Positions 50,691 to 64,000 of a DNA stretch of 64,000 nucleotides are shown here, in pieces. The notes under the pieces were generated by a model. The model made no database searches. It saw only the letters and a program-made list of their open reading frames with translations, and was not told the origin of the DNA. Both the position numbers and the translations under genes were made by a program. Location: contig OX597828.1 in assembly GCA_951406725.2 (NCBI GenBank), forward strand, positions 71,424,001 to 71,488,000. Direction: 5' to 3'. Position 1 is the stretch's first letter, and each line of letters starts with the position of its first letter. This DNA comes from Octopus vulgaris. Its lineage: Eukaryota.

Positions 50691-52576
50691 GTAAGTTATA
50701 TTCTACACACATTCACCTTCGTCCTCGTTAAACCACCCACCTCGAGCATATCTCTCTCTCTCTCTCTGTACCCAGCAGCCTCAATGTATCCACCCCTATT
50801 TATATCCTCATTTTGTAAATAAAGGAAGGTAACTCTAACATTAATCTGAGAAGTTGAACAAATTCTGGTAAATTATTTCCACCCTTTCAGTTGTTTAGCG
50901 AAGTCCTTGAGGTACCCTGATGTGTCTATTATAGTTGTTGCTTGGCTCCAGGTTAGCTCTATCCCTAAAGGGATTCCGACCATAACCATCTCGTCTTATT
51001 TTTGTGCGACGGTAAATATGATTTGAAGGAAATTTGGCTGCTATTTCTAGCAGGTCGTGCGCCTCCGTCGACTCGTCTAGTGTGGCTATCTTGGTATGCT
51101 AGCTGCTATGGTACCCTGACGTGCCTGATTCTACCCTAATGTGTTAGTCTGTGATAACCAAATGTATCTATGGAACCATAATACCTGTCTTACCCTGATG
51201 CATCTGCTATGGTACCCTAAAATTTCTTGGGATACCATCACTGTGACACCTTGATGTACTTGCTGTGGTACTCTGCTTGTATATACCATGATACCCTAAT
51301 GGTGCTCGGTTGTATTAACAATGGTACCCCGATCTTCTGTTTACTATAATACTCTGATGTTTTTAAATATTCTATTTTCTGTTAGAGTTTTTCTCTTACG
51401 TATCTGTTTACTGAAGTTCTACGGTGGTTTCTGTGCTACAATTTGTAGTCCTACCTCTAAGCTGTCATACCCTTATATGCTATAGGGGTACCTGGCTAAT
51501 TGTAACGCATTTTCACAGGTCCATTTTCACCCTTACGTGCCTGTGACATTCATAGATTGTTGTAATACTTCTGTATTCCGTTGGTGCTTATTGTCTGTTG
51601 TGTGATAGCTATACATACCCCATAATAATACCCGTATACTAACTATAGCTGTCTTCAACTATACATATGAGATGTAGCGCTATACTATCAGGGAAGCTGT
51701 GCTGTGGTCAGTCGATCACACACACACACTGTCACAATCGATCCATTTTGCTTCTTCACAGTTGAGAGGGAACAGCTGGGTTTTTAGTTCTCCTTCACAA
51801 CCACTCAACCAATATACCCCTTCCTTAGTGACTCTTGTCGTACTCGTACTTATTTTCCTGTACTTTCAAAGGCTTTACACACACACACACACCCTACGTT
51901 TACTAATTTCTTCTTAGCTGTTTGAAATTGAAAGAGGTAACTGATCAAAGTTTTGGGGCAGAAAGCAAGTCCTTGAAGGGCATTTGTGGATTATGATAAA
52001 AGCAGGGTTTCTTGATAGCTTTTGAAAATAAACTATTATTATTATTATTATTTTGGTTTGGCTCGGATTCGGTCTTATTTCTGGTAGGACTCATGTGGGC
52101 AGCGGGTTACTACCTGTAACCTTAGGTATCCACACGTTTTCAGCAGTCTTTCAGGTGCTTAGAACCCTTGTGATAATCCTTGCTGTCCCTAAGAGACAAA
52201 CTTTCTGTAGGAGCTCCAATCTAGGCATTCTATTTCAATCTCCTTCAGCCATTTGTCTATATCTTGGCTTATTATTATTATTATTTTATTATTATTATTA
52301 TTATTCAGGGTCGATAAAATAAAGTACCAGTTTAATACTGTGATCCATGCAATTGACATGCCCCTCCCCTCAGAATTGTTGGCCTTGTGCCAAAATTAGA
52401 AAGAATTATTATTATTATTGTGATTTGGGTGTGTTGTTAGTGTCTGGGAAAACACTTAGTGGAGATCAACTTTGCCTATCGTTCCTTTGAGGTTGATGAA
52501 ATAAGGTACCAGTTGAACACTGGGGTCAGTGTAATCGATCAGCCCCTTCCCCTCATTTCAGGCCTTGTGCCTATAG

Positions 52577-52753
52577 CAGGGGCCCCCAAACTGTTTAGAC
52601 CATCAGCTCCTTCATGGAATCCTTTGATTAGGTATGTACAAGAAAATAAATAAATAAATAATAAAGTAGATATGCAGTTTCAGGCATTTATCAACCCCTT
52701 GAGTAGACCCATCAACCCCCAGGGGTCGATATTGACCAACTTAGAAACCCCTG
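52577..52753. mobile_element. hAT MITE inserted in a SINE tail
   Basis: TIRs caggggcccccaaac / agaaacccctg. Perfect 8-bp TSD gcctatag. Confidence 0.75.
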
Positions 52754-53537
52754 GCCTATAGTAAAAAGTAGTTTTTTTTTTGTTCTTTTTGAAAAGGCGA
52801 TGATCTGGTGGTTACGGTGCCAAACAATCTGCCTAACACCATTTCTTCCAGCTTTTACTTTCTGAATTCAAATTCTGCCGAGGTCGACTTAGCCTTCCAT
52901 CCTTTTGGGGTTGATCAAATAAGTACCAGTTGAACACTGGGGTCAGTGTAATTGACTAGCTCCCTCCCCACTGATTTTAGGCTATATGCTTAAAATAGAA
53001 AGGATTATTATTTTCGTGGTTTGGGCGAAACGTTAGAGCGTCTGACGAAATGCCTGGCAATGTTTGTTCTGGTTTAGTACATTGTGAGTTCAAATGCCAC
53101 TGAGGTCAATTTTGTTTTTTATATTTTCAGGGTCAAAAAATATACATCCCAGTCAGGTACTGGGGATTGCTATGGTTGACTGTCTCCCGTCACCATCAAT
53201 TTCCGACTTTGTGCCTATGTAATTTTTATTGTTACTTATTTTTACGTATTTATATATTTTTTTAAAACACACACACACACTTCGATCTAAAGCCTTGTCT
53301 GTCCTTGCAACCCATCTTAGTAATGTCGCTCATTAGTTACCCTTGTGGCAAAATAAAGAACCTTATTATTGGTGAGCTGGCAGAATCATTAGCACGTTAG
53401 GCAACATGCTTAGTGGTATTTCATCCATCCTTATATTCTGAGTTCAAATTCTGCCGAGGTTGACTTTGCTTTTTATCCTTTTGAGGTTGATAAAATAAGT
53501 ACCAGTTGAACTCTGGGGTCGATGTAATCCATTTACC

Positions 53538-53945
53538 GGATCTTTTCGGTTTGAACGGCAGTTTTTAAAAATAATTTCCATGTAACTAAACACTTTCAAA
53601 CTATATTGGTAGAATGTGTTTATAAAACGTCTTTTTCTCTTGGCTTTATTGAGAAAATTCTATAGTTTGTAAGATATTTGTTGTTTTTTTTCTCTTCAAT
53701 TTCTGCAATTTCAACCAATCAATGACATCTATTGAGGTAAAAAACATTCTGTGCCATATGAATATGTCCCTCATTTAATAAACAGATTGAGTTTATTTAC
53801 ATTTGTGAAGAAAAAAATACCCTTCCCCCTACCCCTAACCCTAAAATAGATTGAAATGCAATAGATCGATACTAGGGTCATAATTATGGGTGACAATTTT
53901 ATATGACATCGCTAGAAAAAACTGCCGTTCAAACCGAAAAGATCC
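53538..53945. mobile_element. MITE with ~29-bp TIRs and 8-bp TSD, inserted in a SINE
   Basis: ggatcttttcggtttgaacggcagttttt / aaaaaactgccgttcaaaccgaaaagatcc. TSD catttacc on both sides. Confidence 0.85.
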
Positions 53946-56900
53946 CATTTACCCACTCCACCGAAATTGCTGGCCTTGTGCCAGAATTTGAGACCATTAT
54001 TGTTATTGTTATTGTTGTCGACTTTGTCCTTCGTCCTTTCAGGGTTGATAAATTAAGTACCAGATGAGTATTGGGGGTCGATGTAATTGACTATCCCCTC
54101 CCCCAAATTTCAGGTCTTGTGCCTAGAGTAGAAAGGATTATTATTACTTTTGGTTTTCCATTCTCTTGGGGTTGCTGGAGTAAGTACCAGTTAAACACTG
54201 GGGCTCTGTAATTGACTAGCCATCTGCCTTCAAAATTTCAAGCCATGTGTCAGTCAGTAGAAAAGGATTATTATTATTGGCAGAGAGTTTATTAGAAGGT
54301 TGGAAAAAATAAAAAGCTTTGATGCGATGAGATTTTTATGAGTTCAAATTCCTTGGTGTTCTATAAAATAAAGTATCAATCAAGCACTGGAGCCGATGGT
54401 ATTGACTAACCCTTCTCTCCTCAGAAGTACTGGCCTTGAGCCCAAATTAAAACCATTTTTTTTTCTGCAATAGCTTTATTGCAGATCCTACAACATCACC
54501 AATTACTCCATCTCCATGTTCCTGGGGTAGGACAAAAAATATTATCTTTTGGGAAGGAAATGAATCCATGTTTGTGTGTTAAGTCAGTTTTATTTTGTTG
54601 TCTCTGCTGTTATTTTAGGGCTTCGTGTTTTACTTGTGCAGAATATGTGTTGTGCAGGTGTGTGTGTTGTGAGATGTTTTATGCCTATTTGATTTCAATT
54701 TTAGTCTGCTGGGCTTCCATAGCAGTTCGATGTATATATCATCATCATCATCATCATCATTTAACGTCTCTTTTCCATGCTGTCATGGGTTGAAATGTTT
54801 TATGTATTGTAGAAATATAAGCAATTTATTACAGATAAATTTTAGCAAAATCTTACATGGGGCCCCTATTGAGAACCACTGGGTTAGAATATGTGTTGTG
54901 TTAGAATGTTCTCTGGTGATTCTGTTGCCTTTTGAGTTGTGTTCTAATGTTGTCTGTGTGTTGTGTTATAATGAGTGTAGAGTATATACAATGTCAGTTG
55001 TGCTATTTGGTTTCAGGTTGATTGGGTAGAGCAGGGGTGGAGGTCAGCAAAATGATGAATATTGTCCCCTGGGGAGGTCTCTGTGGCCATCCAAAGGCTC
55101 GATAAACACCTGAAACAACTTTTAGCATTAAGGGCACTGACTCATTTAGCAAACTGAATCTGCAAGAATCCAGTAATTTGTGGCTAAAACTTAGTCATTT
55201 CCTATCAAATAGCAACATAATTACTAACATTTGCCAAACATGGTTTCACATTAAATATTATTCTGATCACATCAATATAAAACGACTGAATTTTCATTGT
55301 TCTTTATCAATTTTGTCCAATATTTTCATTAAATTTCGTTTAGATGTACCTTATTAAAAAGTGGTAATGATTCAAAACAATGAAAGAATTATTGTTTTGT
55401 TTTTTTAATCTTTTATCAAGATGTGTTTTTATCATCTCGTGCTTATTTCAGTCATTAGACTGTGGTCATGTTGGAGCACCGCCTTGAAAAACTTTTAGTT
55501 AAATGAATTAACCCCAGCACTTATTTTTTAAAAGCCTGGTACTTGTTGAATCGTTTGCCAGACCGCTAAGTCATAAGGATGCAAACATGCCAACACCAGT
55601 TGTTAAGTAGTGATGCGCAACAAACACAGACACTGAGATACAAACAATTACATCCATCCATCCATCCATCTTGTTGCTATTATGCAAAAGTGTCGTAAGT
55701 CCAAAATGTTGTTTTTTCAGATAATGAAACAATAGCCTCACCATTCCATAGCAAAACCGTTCTACTACACTTTGACACTTTTTGATATTTTGGCATCTGA
55801 AGCAGCTGGAAATACGATAGTTTGACCAAAAGAACCAGCAAAAATAAATATTGGAAAAAACCGCATTTGGCCAAATTTTGGACATACGACAGTTTAACAT
55901 AATAGCAACGATACACACACACACACACTCATCTATTTGATAGGTTTCTTTCTGTTGACCAAATCCACTCATAAGGCTTTGTTTGGCCTGAGGCTATAGT
56001 TGAAAGATACTTGCTCAAGATGCCATGCAGTGGGATTGAACCTGGAACCATTTGGTTGGGAAGCAAGCTTCTTACCACACAGCCACACTAATGACTCAAA
56101 ACAACAATGGAACTTGTTAATATTTTTATTAATTACATTTTTTAAATTTAATTTTAGAAATTTACTTGTTGAAGGTTGATAAATTAGCAGCAATTCCATC
56201 AAGGGAGTTGATGCTGTATGAAATGTGTTGAGCCATGGCATCGAGTGTTATGTTATAGAATTTGCTGTAATTCCACCCATTTCTTGGAAGCTTTATCAAC
56301 TCTGAAACCCAGAAAGAGTGAAAGATTCAAGTTGGTATCAGTAGGATTTGAACTCTAAACATTAAAGGCTGTAACTAAATAATGTTTCCAGTTTAGGTGC
56401 AAAGCCAGTAATTTTTGAGGGGAGGGGTAAGTCAGCGTCATCTGACCGGTACTTGGCACTTTATTTTAGTGACTTCCCCATCCCAAAGCCAGAAGGGTGA
56501 AAAAAAAAAAAATGTCAAAGTCAACCTCGACAGTATTTGAACTCAGAACGTAGAGCTGCAACAAGCATTTCATCTGATGCTTTACTGATTCTACTACTCC
56601 ACTGTTGCTGGGTGTCAAGTTGTCATTGTGAGGAGAGAGAGAGAGAGGGTCTATGCTGTGGATTGTGTTTTATTGTAGGGTGGTATTTGTGTAGAATATG
56701 GGTTATGCGAGTTATAGATGACGAGGGTGGTGGTGATGGTGATAGACATGTTAGAGTATTGGGTGTTGCTTGGTGGTGATTGGGTAGACTTTGTGCTGTG
56801 TGTTGTATTATTGGGTGGTACTTCTGTAGATTATATGTGTTATGTGACTGGTGTCATAGTGGAGTGGTGGGTGGGAACTGCGTAGGGTATGTGCTGTTGA

Positions 56901-58419
56901 ATTATTATGATGATTGGTGATGAGCTGGCAGAATTGTTAGCAGGCTGGGCGAAATGCTTAGCGGTATTTTGGTCTGTCTTCACATTCTGAGTACAAATGC
57001 TGTCGGGGTTGATGAAATAAGTACCAGTTACGCACTGGGGTTGATATAATCGACAATCCTCCTCCCCTAAATTCCAGGCCTTGTGCTTATAGTAGAAAGG
57101 ATTATTATTTTTATGATTGGCGGCGAGCTGGCAGAAACGTTAGCATGCCAGGTGAAATGATTAGCGGTATTTTACCTGTTGCTATGTTCTGAGTTCAATA
57201 TAATAAGGCAGCGAGCTGGCAGAATCGTTAGCGTGCTGGCCGAAATGCTTGGCAGTATTTCGCCTGCCGTTACCTTCTGAGTTCAAATTCCGCCGAGGTT
57301 GACTTTACCTTTCATCCTTTCGGGGTCGATAAATTAAGTATCAGTTAAACACTGGGGTCAATGTAATCGACTAGCCCCTTTCCCATAAAAATTTTCATGG
57401 CCTTGAGCTTAGAGTAGAAATAATTATTATTATGATTTAATAAAGTGGCCAGCTGGCAGAATTGTGAGCAGGCTGGGCAAGATGCTTGTGGCATTTCATG
57501 TGATTATGTTCTGAGTTCAGATTCTGCTGAGGTCAACTTTGCTTTCTTCCTTTCAGATAAAATAAGTAGCTGCGGGTTGACGTTATCAACTTAACCCTTT
57601 TCTGAAAATTGCTGGCTCTGTTCCAAAATTTGAAACCATTAGGGCAGTGTACTGGCAGAATCATTAGCCTGCCACACAAAATGCCATTAACCATTCTGAG
57701 TTCAGATTCTGCTGAGGTTGATCTTTTGGGGTCAAAGTGATTAACTTACCATATTTTAACGTGTATAAGGAATACCCTAATTTTTGGGGCTTAAAATTTG
57801 GTAGAAAGGTTTTGTAAGGGATTATGATACTATCCATGTGTAAAAAAAATCTCCGTATTTTTTTAACCTACTTTTTGGCAAAAAAGGGTTCCTTATACAC
57901 CTTAAAAGGTGGACCTCTTGTCTGAAAGCTGATGATCTTGAAACTATTAGGGCAGTGTACTGACAGCATCGTTAGCGTGCCATACAAAATGCCGTTAAGC
58001 ATTGCGTCCAGTTTTACATTCTGAGTTCAGATTTCACTGAGGTTGACTTCGTCTATCATCCCTTTCAGGGTCGATAAAATAAGCACCACTTGTGCGCTGG
58101 GGTCGATATAATTGCCTAGGCAGCCCTCCCCCAAATTTCAGGCCTTGTGCCTATTATAGAAGGGATTATTATGAAATGCTCTGGATTAGTACGGAGGCTG
58201 AGATGAAATGTTTTACAAAATATATTTTTGTCTTTCTGCCTTGGTTAAGAAGTTCATTTCCCAACCACATGGTTCTGGGTTCAACCCACTGTGTGTGGCA
58301 GCTTGGGCCCAGACCTATCTTAGCAACATTGAAGGCGCCCCCGCTCCCAGGTAAATTCAATACATTGGGTCCTCATTGTAAATATTCATTGACACCACAG
58401 CATATACATGATCAGAACT

Positions 58420-59240
58420 GGGCCCTAGGCTTCTGAAGCCCCTGAGCAAATTCTCAGTGTATGCATGCCTTAAGACAGCATTGCTTGAGCAAGTGTCTTC
58501 TTTTCTAATCCCAAACCAACCAAAGAATGGTAGAGGGAAACGTAGAAGAGAAGTGGTAGTAGAAGTGTAGAATGAATGATTCTGGGAAGTCGTTTGAGGT
58601 GGGGTGGCCATCTGGTAAGAATGAATGATGAAAGACTTTTCAAGCAACTTTTGTATGGTGAGCTGGAAGATAGGAGACCAGCACATGAACCCAAAATGAG
58701 GGTTCAAGGACTGCCTCAGAATTGCTCTGATGCAGACAGGTATTTCAGGTGTTGATTGGGAGTGGGAGGTGCAAGACTGAGATGGGTGGAGGAAGAGAGT
58801 GCCCAGTGGTTGCTCGAGATTTGAGAGGGGGGGGGGGGAAGGAAGCAGGAAAAGGTTTAGAAGGAATGAACCTGTGGAGAATGAGGGAGTGTTGCTTTTT
58901 GTGTGTGTGGTTTGTTGGAAGAGGGGGTTGAGTCGTGTGGGCCTGGTCAGCCTTCAGAGGACTCACAGGAATCGCCCCATGGTAAATTGTGATGTGGCTT
59001 TTGTTCACAACAAAACATGTGGAAAGGGGTGCCTCTCAGTTGGAGGATAGAAAAGGCATGTCAGAAGAGTTCATACTGTGGCCCCTGGTCCTTCTGCTAG
59101 TCTGCACAGCTGTGCATTATGCAATAGAATGTGCAAATCTTTGGCCAGGCTCAAGAGTCATACAAGGGCCTCACATTGCATCAACGTTGACTCATTTCAG
59201 CGATTCTTTCTAGCAATGGCTTTGCTCGTATACAACAAAG
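58420..59240 (+). pseudogene. Decayed RTE-type LINE 3' portion
   Basis: Remnants of LYGEL..G.R...PKMRFKDCL and terminal CALCNRMCKSLARLKSH. Interrupted by a purine-rich insert. Confidence 0.55.
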
Positions 59241-59243
59241 CAG

Positions 59244-59312
<69 letters not shown>

Positions 59313-59527
59313 CACACACATATCTATCTATATGTATGTATATGTGCTGGCGTCATGTAAAAAGCACCTAGTACACTCCGTAAAGTAGTTGGCTGTTGGA
59401 GGGGCATCCAGCCATAGGAACTATGCCAAAGCGGACAGTTGGAGCCTTGTGCAGTCTTCCAGCTATGTCAGCTTTTGTCAAACTGTCCAATCCATGCAGC
59501 ATGGAAAACGGACATTAAATGATGATG

Positions 59528-59584
<57 letters not shown>

Positions 59585-62500
59585 TCCTTGTTTTGACATC
59601 ATGTGATGGTTGTAAACGAGCCTCTCTGTTCTGCAAGTGGTGTCCTTTGTTTCCAGTCCAGAGTGAAAAAACCTGTCTGACCATGGAGGAAATATTACCT
59701 TGCTTGGAAACAGTTGAGGGCTCCAGAACGGGAAAGTTTGCCTCAAGCAATTCTATTCAGCCATGTAAGCATGGAACAGTAATCGGTAAAACAACTCTGA
59801 TGATGATGATGATGATGGTGGTGGTGACTTTTCAAGTTTAAGCCCAACTTTACTTTTTTTTTCTCCTGGAAGTTGATAGATTTATTTAACCAGTGGTATA
59901 CTGGAGTGGGTCAGCTCTGTTGATTTTTTTTTTTTTTTATCCAACTCAGCTGTGGTATTGTGTCTCAATAAAACACAATTACTGTTGTTGTTGTTGTTAG
60001 TATAGTGGTGGTGGTGGTGGTGGAACTCTGCTGTGTGTGAAAAATATTGAACCAGTTTTCGATCAGATAACAATAAATAATAATAGAGCAACATATTCCA
60101 ATTGTTACGGCACACCCCAGAAGCTATTAATAGGTCAATGAACTGAGATATTTGTTGTTAGTTCTCGCGTGTACCACCACCACCACCACCACCACCACCA
60201 TAGTACTTGGTTGTCAGGAGGGTGGACTGGTCTTCATATGTTTTCATACATTCAATCTTGTCTGTTTTCTGTCAAGTAAACTCAGCAAACAACAGCCACC
60301 AGTGATAGCTTAGAAGGACTTGTAAAGGGGTGGAGAGGGTGGTAGTTGGAGGTAAAGAGCTGTGAGGTGGTAGAGCACCACACTCCATGCTTTATGTGGT
60401 TTGTTTGAGCTTTCTACATTTGCCTCAGTTGATTTAACCTTAAAATACCATAACTTAGTTGTTGTTCAGTTCCAGGTCATTCCTGCCGGAGCAGACTTGT
60501 GATTAAAGACATGCCAGCCGTGACCATCCCTGTCTTTTCCTGTGTGCAGGGAAGCCAGAACCACATTATCCAATGTATATTCTTTCCTAAGATGGCAAGG
60601 TGTGATTTGATGGACTTTGGCTGCTTTTTCTAGCAGACTGAACAACCATACACAGACTTCCCCTAATGGTTGGAATAAGTACCAGTAATATATCATGGCC
60701 ATTGACTAACTAAACCAACAATGATTTCAAATATTGGTACGATGCCAGGAATTTATAGAGATGACCCAGAGTCTTTGAGAGAAATTTTGCAAGATTGGGT
60801 CCCACCTTGTCAGGAAGTTTTTCTTGGGTCTCTGGCCCCACCGTCAGTCTTATGTAGCAACTGGACCTCTCTTCTCAAAGACCTTGCAGAAAGCATATGA
60901 GTTTCTTGAATTGATACTTATGTTCTTGACCCCAAGAGGGGATGAAAAGCAAAGCTGTCCTAGAATTGAACTAAGAACATTTACCCTTCAGCATTTAAAG
61001 TGGCCACATCCGGCCCAGTTATTCTATGTATTTTATGATCTGGCTTTTCACACATACCCTTCAACGTCGTCCCCAAAATAAACAATGACATCATGGAAAT
61101 CTCAAAACGAGATAATGCACAATTAATTCAAAACAATGGGATTAGATAAGCATTATATTTGACAGAATAATTTGAATGCTAAGGGGTCAGCCCTTTAGCA
61201 TTTAAACCAGCCACAGCAGGGTAAAATATTCTACCCGATTAAGCGACTAGATCTGACCTCTCAGACCTACCCTTCAATGTCATTGTAAAAATAAACAATC
61301 GCATTATCAAAATGTTAAACCTACAAGATAATACATGATTAATTGCAGAAAATGTGGATAAAGAAGCATTATGTGTTAAGAGAATGATCAGTATAGAGAA
61401 GGGTCAAAGGTTGATTATCAGTTCTTTTATCATTTTCATCATTCCACCATTCCAAGAAAAGGATTGAGGCTTAGACCTAAGTCTGTTACAAGCTCCAGGA
61501 CTCAAGACTAGAGCTTCACCCTGTTTCCATTGCAGTAGAGATTACAACACAACAGCACCCCCTCCACCCCACAGGATGGGATGCCAGTTCCTCACAAGGT
61601 TAACTTCCCAGCTGAGTGGATTGGAGCAACATGAAATGAAGTGGCTTGCTCAAGGACACAATGCATTGCCTGGTCTGGATATTGAAACCTGTATCTTCTG
61701 GTTGTGAGCACAGCACCCTAACCACTAAGCTATGTGGCTTCAGGAAAGCCTTACAAAACTATCTCAAAAGAAGCCCAAAGTTCTCTTGATACCATTCTAC
61801 CTGAAGCCACCACCCATGGTTCTGTGTCACAAAATTCTTCAAAATTATCTTAAAAAACTTCCATCAAAACGTCACGTTAATTTATGTTCCAAACATCAGA
61901 TTAATAATGACAAAGTTATTTTACTGAGTTGTCTGTTATTTTAAAAATAAATCAAAACAAAGCAATGAATTTCAACAGAAATATGGGGACTGAAGGGTTA
62001 AGGTGATCCTTTAGAATTTCATGTTTCTTCATGTTCCAGACACCTGCTGAATAATAATGAAGTTATTTTACTAAATTCCCTGTTATTTTAAAAATAAATT
62101 GAAACAAAGCCTCTTTTTTTTTACTTTGTGGTAACAAAAGAACTTCTGTAGTTTGAAGTGGTTGGACTGTCATTAAATATTTTCTTCTCTTCATTAACAA
62201 CAACAAAAAAAAAAGGGTTAAAATGGAAATTCTTTACAAAACCTCTAATAAATATTCATTCTTCTGCTTTGGCTGTGACTGAGTTGCTTTTTTAATTTTG
62301 GGAGTAAAATTGAATATTTTGATATTGTTGGATGATTGTTTTTATAATTGCTATTATCTACCTAGTGTCCCCACATGTTTTATAAATCTGCCACATGTGT
62401 TGTAATGATTCCAACCGTAAAAAAATACTTCATTGTTTTGTAAACATCACACTGTTTTATAAACCTGCCACATATGTTGAGAATTACAAAACATGTGGCT

Positions 62501-63028
62501 CTCAACTGGTTTAAAAATCTGCCACATGTCATACCATCCCACTTGTTTTATAACTATACTACATGTTTTATAACCATCCCCATATGTTTTGACTTCTCAA
62601 ATGCATAACTATTCCACATCTCATAAATACTCCACATGTTAAAAGTTACTCTACATGTTTTATGATTCTGTATACATTGTATTTCTACCTTACCTCATAT
62701 ATAACAACCACACATGTATGATACCCCCCCCAGTTTATCCTACTGTTTATAGTGTTCACTAGGTAGATCACATGGTTCACTTATTAGTTTACATAATTTC
62801 CTACATGTGTAATTTATGAACAGCTTACACAGTTCACTGCACACTTTTCACTGCACACTTTTCACTGTTTACTGTACTGTTCACATGGTTTAGTGGCCCA
62901 TAGAGGATAGTTAACATTGTTCATTGTTAATGTGGTTCATAATAGAATATATTGTATTTTCTGGCATAAAAGTTGAATTATTCAGACAAAAACTTTCAGT
63001 AAAGATTGTTTGCCAAAATAACATGATT

Positions 63029-63308
63029 GTCCTGGTTTAGGACGAATGTTGCTGTAATTTAGCCCCAGGAGACATTGTCTCCAGCTGGCTATACGACATG
63101 ATCTGTGTCCTTATATTTTCGAACAAGGGAATCTAGCACCCCAACTCAGCTCAAAACAATATCTGTGTATCATGATTTCCAGATATTGTTTTGAGCTGAG
63201 TGGGGGTGCTAGATTCCCTTGTTCGAAAATATAAGGACACAGATCATGTCGTATAGCCAGCTGAAGACGGGGGCTAAATTACAGCAACATTTTATCCTAA
63301 ACAAGGAC
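63029..63308. mobile_element. Palindromic hairpin MITE-like element
   Basis: About 130-bp arms (gtcctggtttagga..ctcagctcaaaacaatatctg / cagatattgttttgagctgag..tcctaaacaaggac) with a ~13-nt loop. Confidence 0.75.
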
Positions 63309-64000
63309 TGCTGCTGAATATCTCTCGTTGTGAGATTTAAGAATAGTAATTTTCTAAAAACTTTCAGCTAAAAACAGTAGGTTTTGACTTCTACACCAAG
63401 ACAATGTTGTAGGACCATGACTTCCATGTGAAATGCAGCAGAATTTGGAAAGATAGGGATGATGTTTGTGTGTGTTGTTTGAATGTTTACATTATATATT
63501 ATGTCAATCTGTTTGCTGAAAAATGCAGTAATTATCTTAGTTTATTGTTAATGAGGTGATAGAAAGTAGTTCACTTATTTTGCTGTAAATATAATTTATA
63601 GGGTAAAAAGCATTGGGGCTGCTTCCATGTAATAATCACTGGTATTGGTGCCATGTAAAGAGCTCTGGTACTGGTACCTTGTAAAGAGCTCTGGTACTGG
63701 TGCCATATAAAGAGCACTGATGCCACGTAGAAAGCACTGGTGTTGGTGCCACACAAAAAGCACTGTACCATGTAAAATGCTCTGATGATGGTGTCATGTA
63801 AAAAGCACCCATTACACTCTAAAGTATTTGGCATTAGGAAGGGCATCCAGCTGTAGAAATATTACCAACCCCTGTTGAGCCATCCAACCCATGCTGGCAT
63901 GGAAAACGGATGTTAAATGATGATGATATGATTTATATGGCGATATCTAGTTTTCATTGTCGAATCCCTATGAGCACAGTCCATGGTGGACAGTGCACGT

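Larger units (their letters stand above)
52300..58170 (+). repeat. Dense same-orientation clusters of SINE family A copies (52300-54450 and 56920-58170)
   Basis: Many consecutive gagttcaaattc..gtaccagtt..ggccttgtgcc units separated by (ATT)n. Confidence 0.8.

Noticed and set aside
53825-53845. Telomere-like ccctaaccctaa (also 1809-1825)
   Set aside because: Only 2-3 units, internal to transposon-derived sequence.

Overview
AT-rich, microsatellite- and SINE-dense metazoan genomic DNA. The repeat families look like those of octopus (inference from repeat content only). Most of the window is retrotransposon and DNA-transposon debris: RTE/CR1-type LINE remnants, several tRNA-derived SINE families, Helitrons, hAT/Tigger/mariner derivatives, a Penelope-like hammerhead element and a 2.9-kb foldback element. 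Embedded in it on the + strand are five intact, intron-free ORF blocks encoding transposase-derived DNA-binding modules. Three are FLYWCH zinc fingers resembling Mutator/MULE transposase N-termini (6165, 9692, 13639). Two are Crypton tyrosine-recombinase-derived DUF3504-like domains (28117, 49515). Each starts at its own ATG just after an in-frame stop and ends at a phase-0 GT splice donor. Two paralogous phase-0/0 micro-exons (17390, 18208) also lie in the array. The best explanation is a cluster of alternative first exons supplying interchangeable DNA-binding domains to a shared downstream region that is not clearly visible in this window. This would resemble mod(mdg4)/lola in reverse polarity, or clustered protocadherins. 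The shared splicing is inferred and needs transcript evidence.
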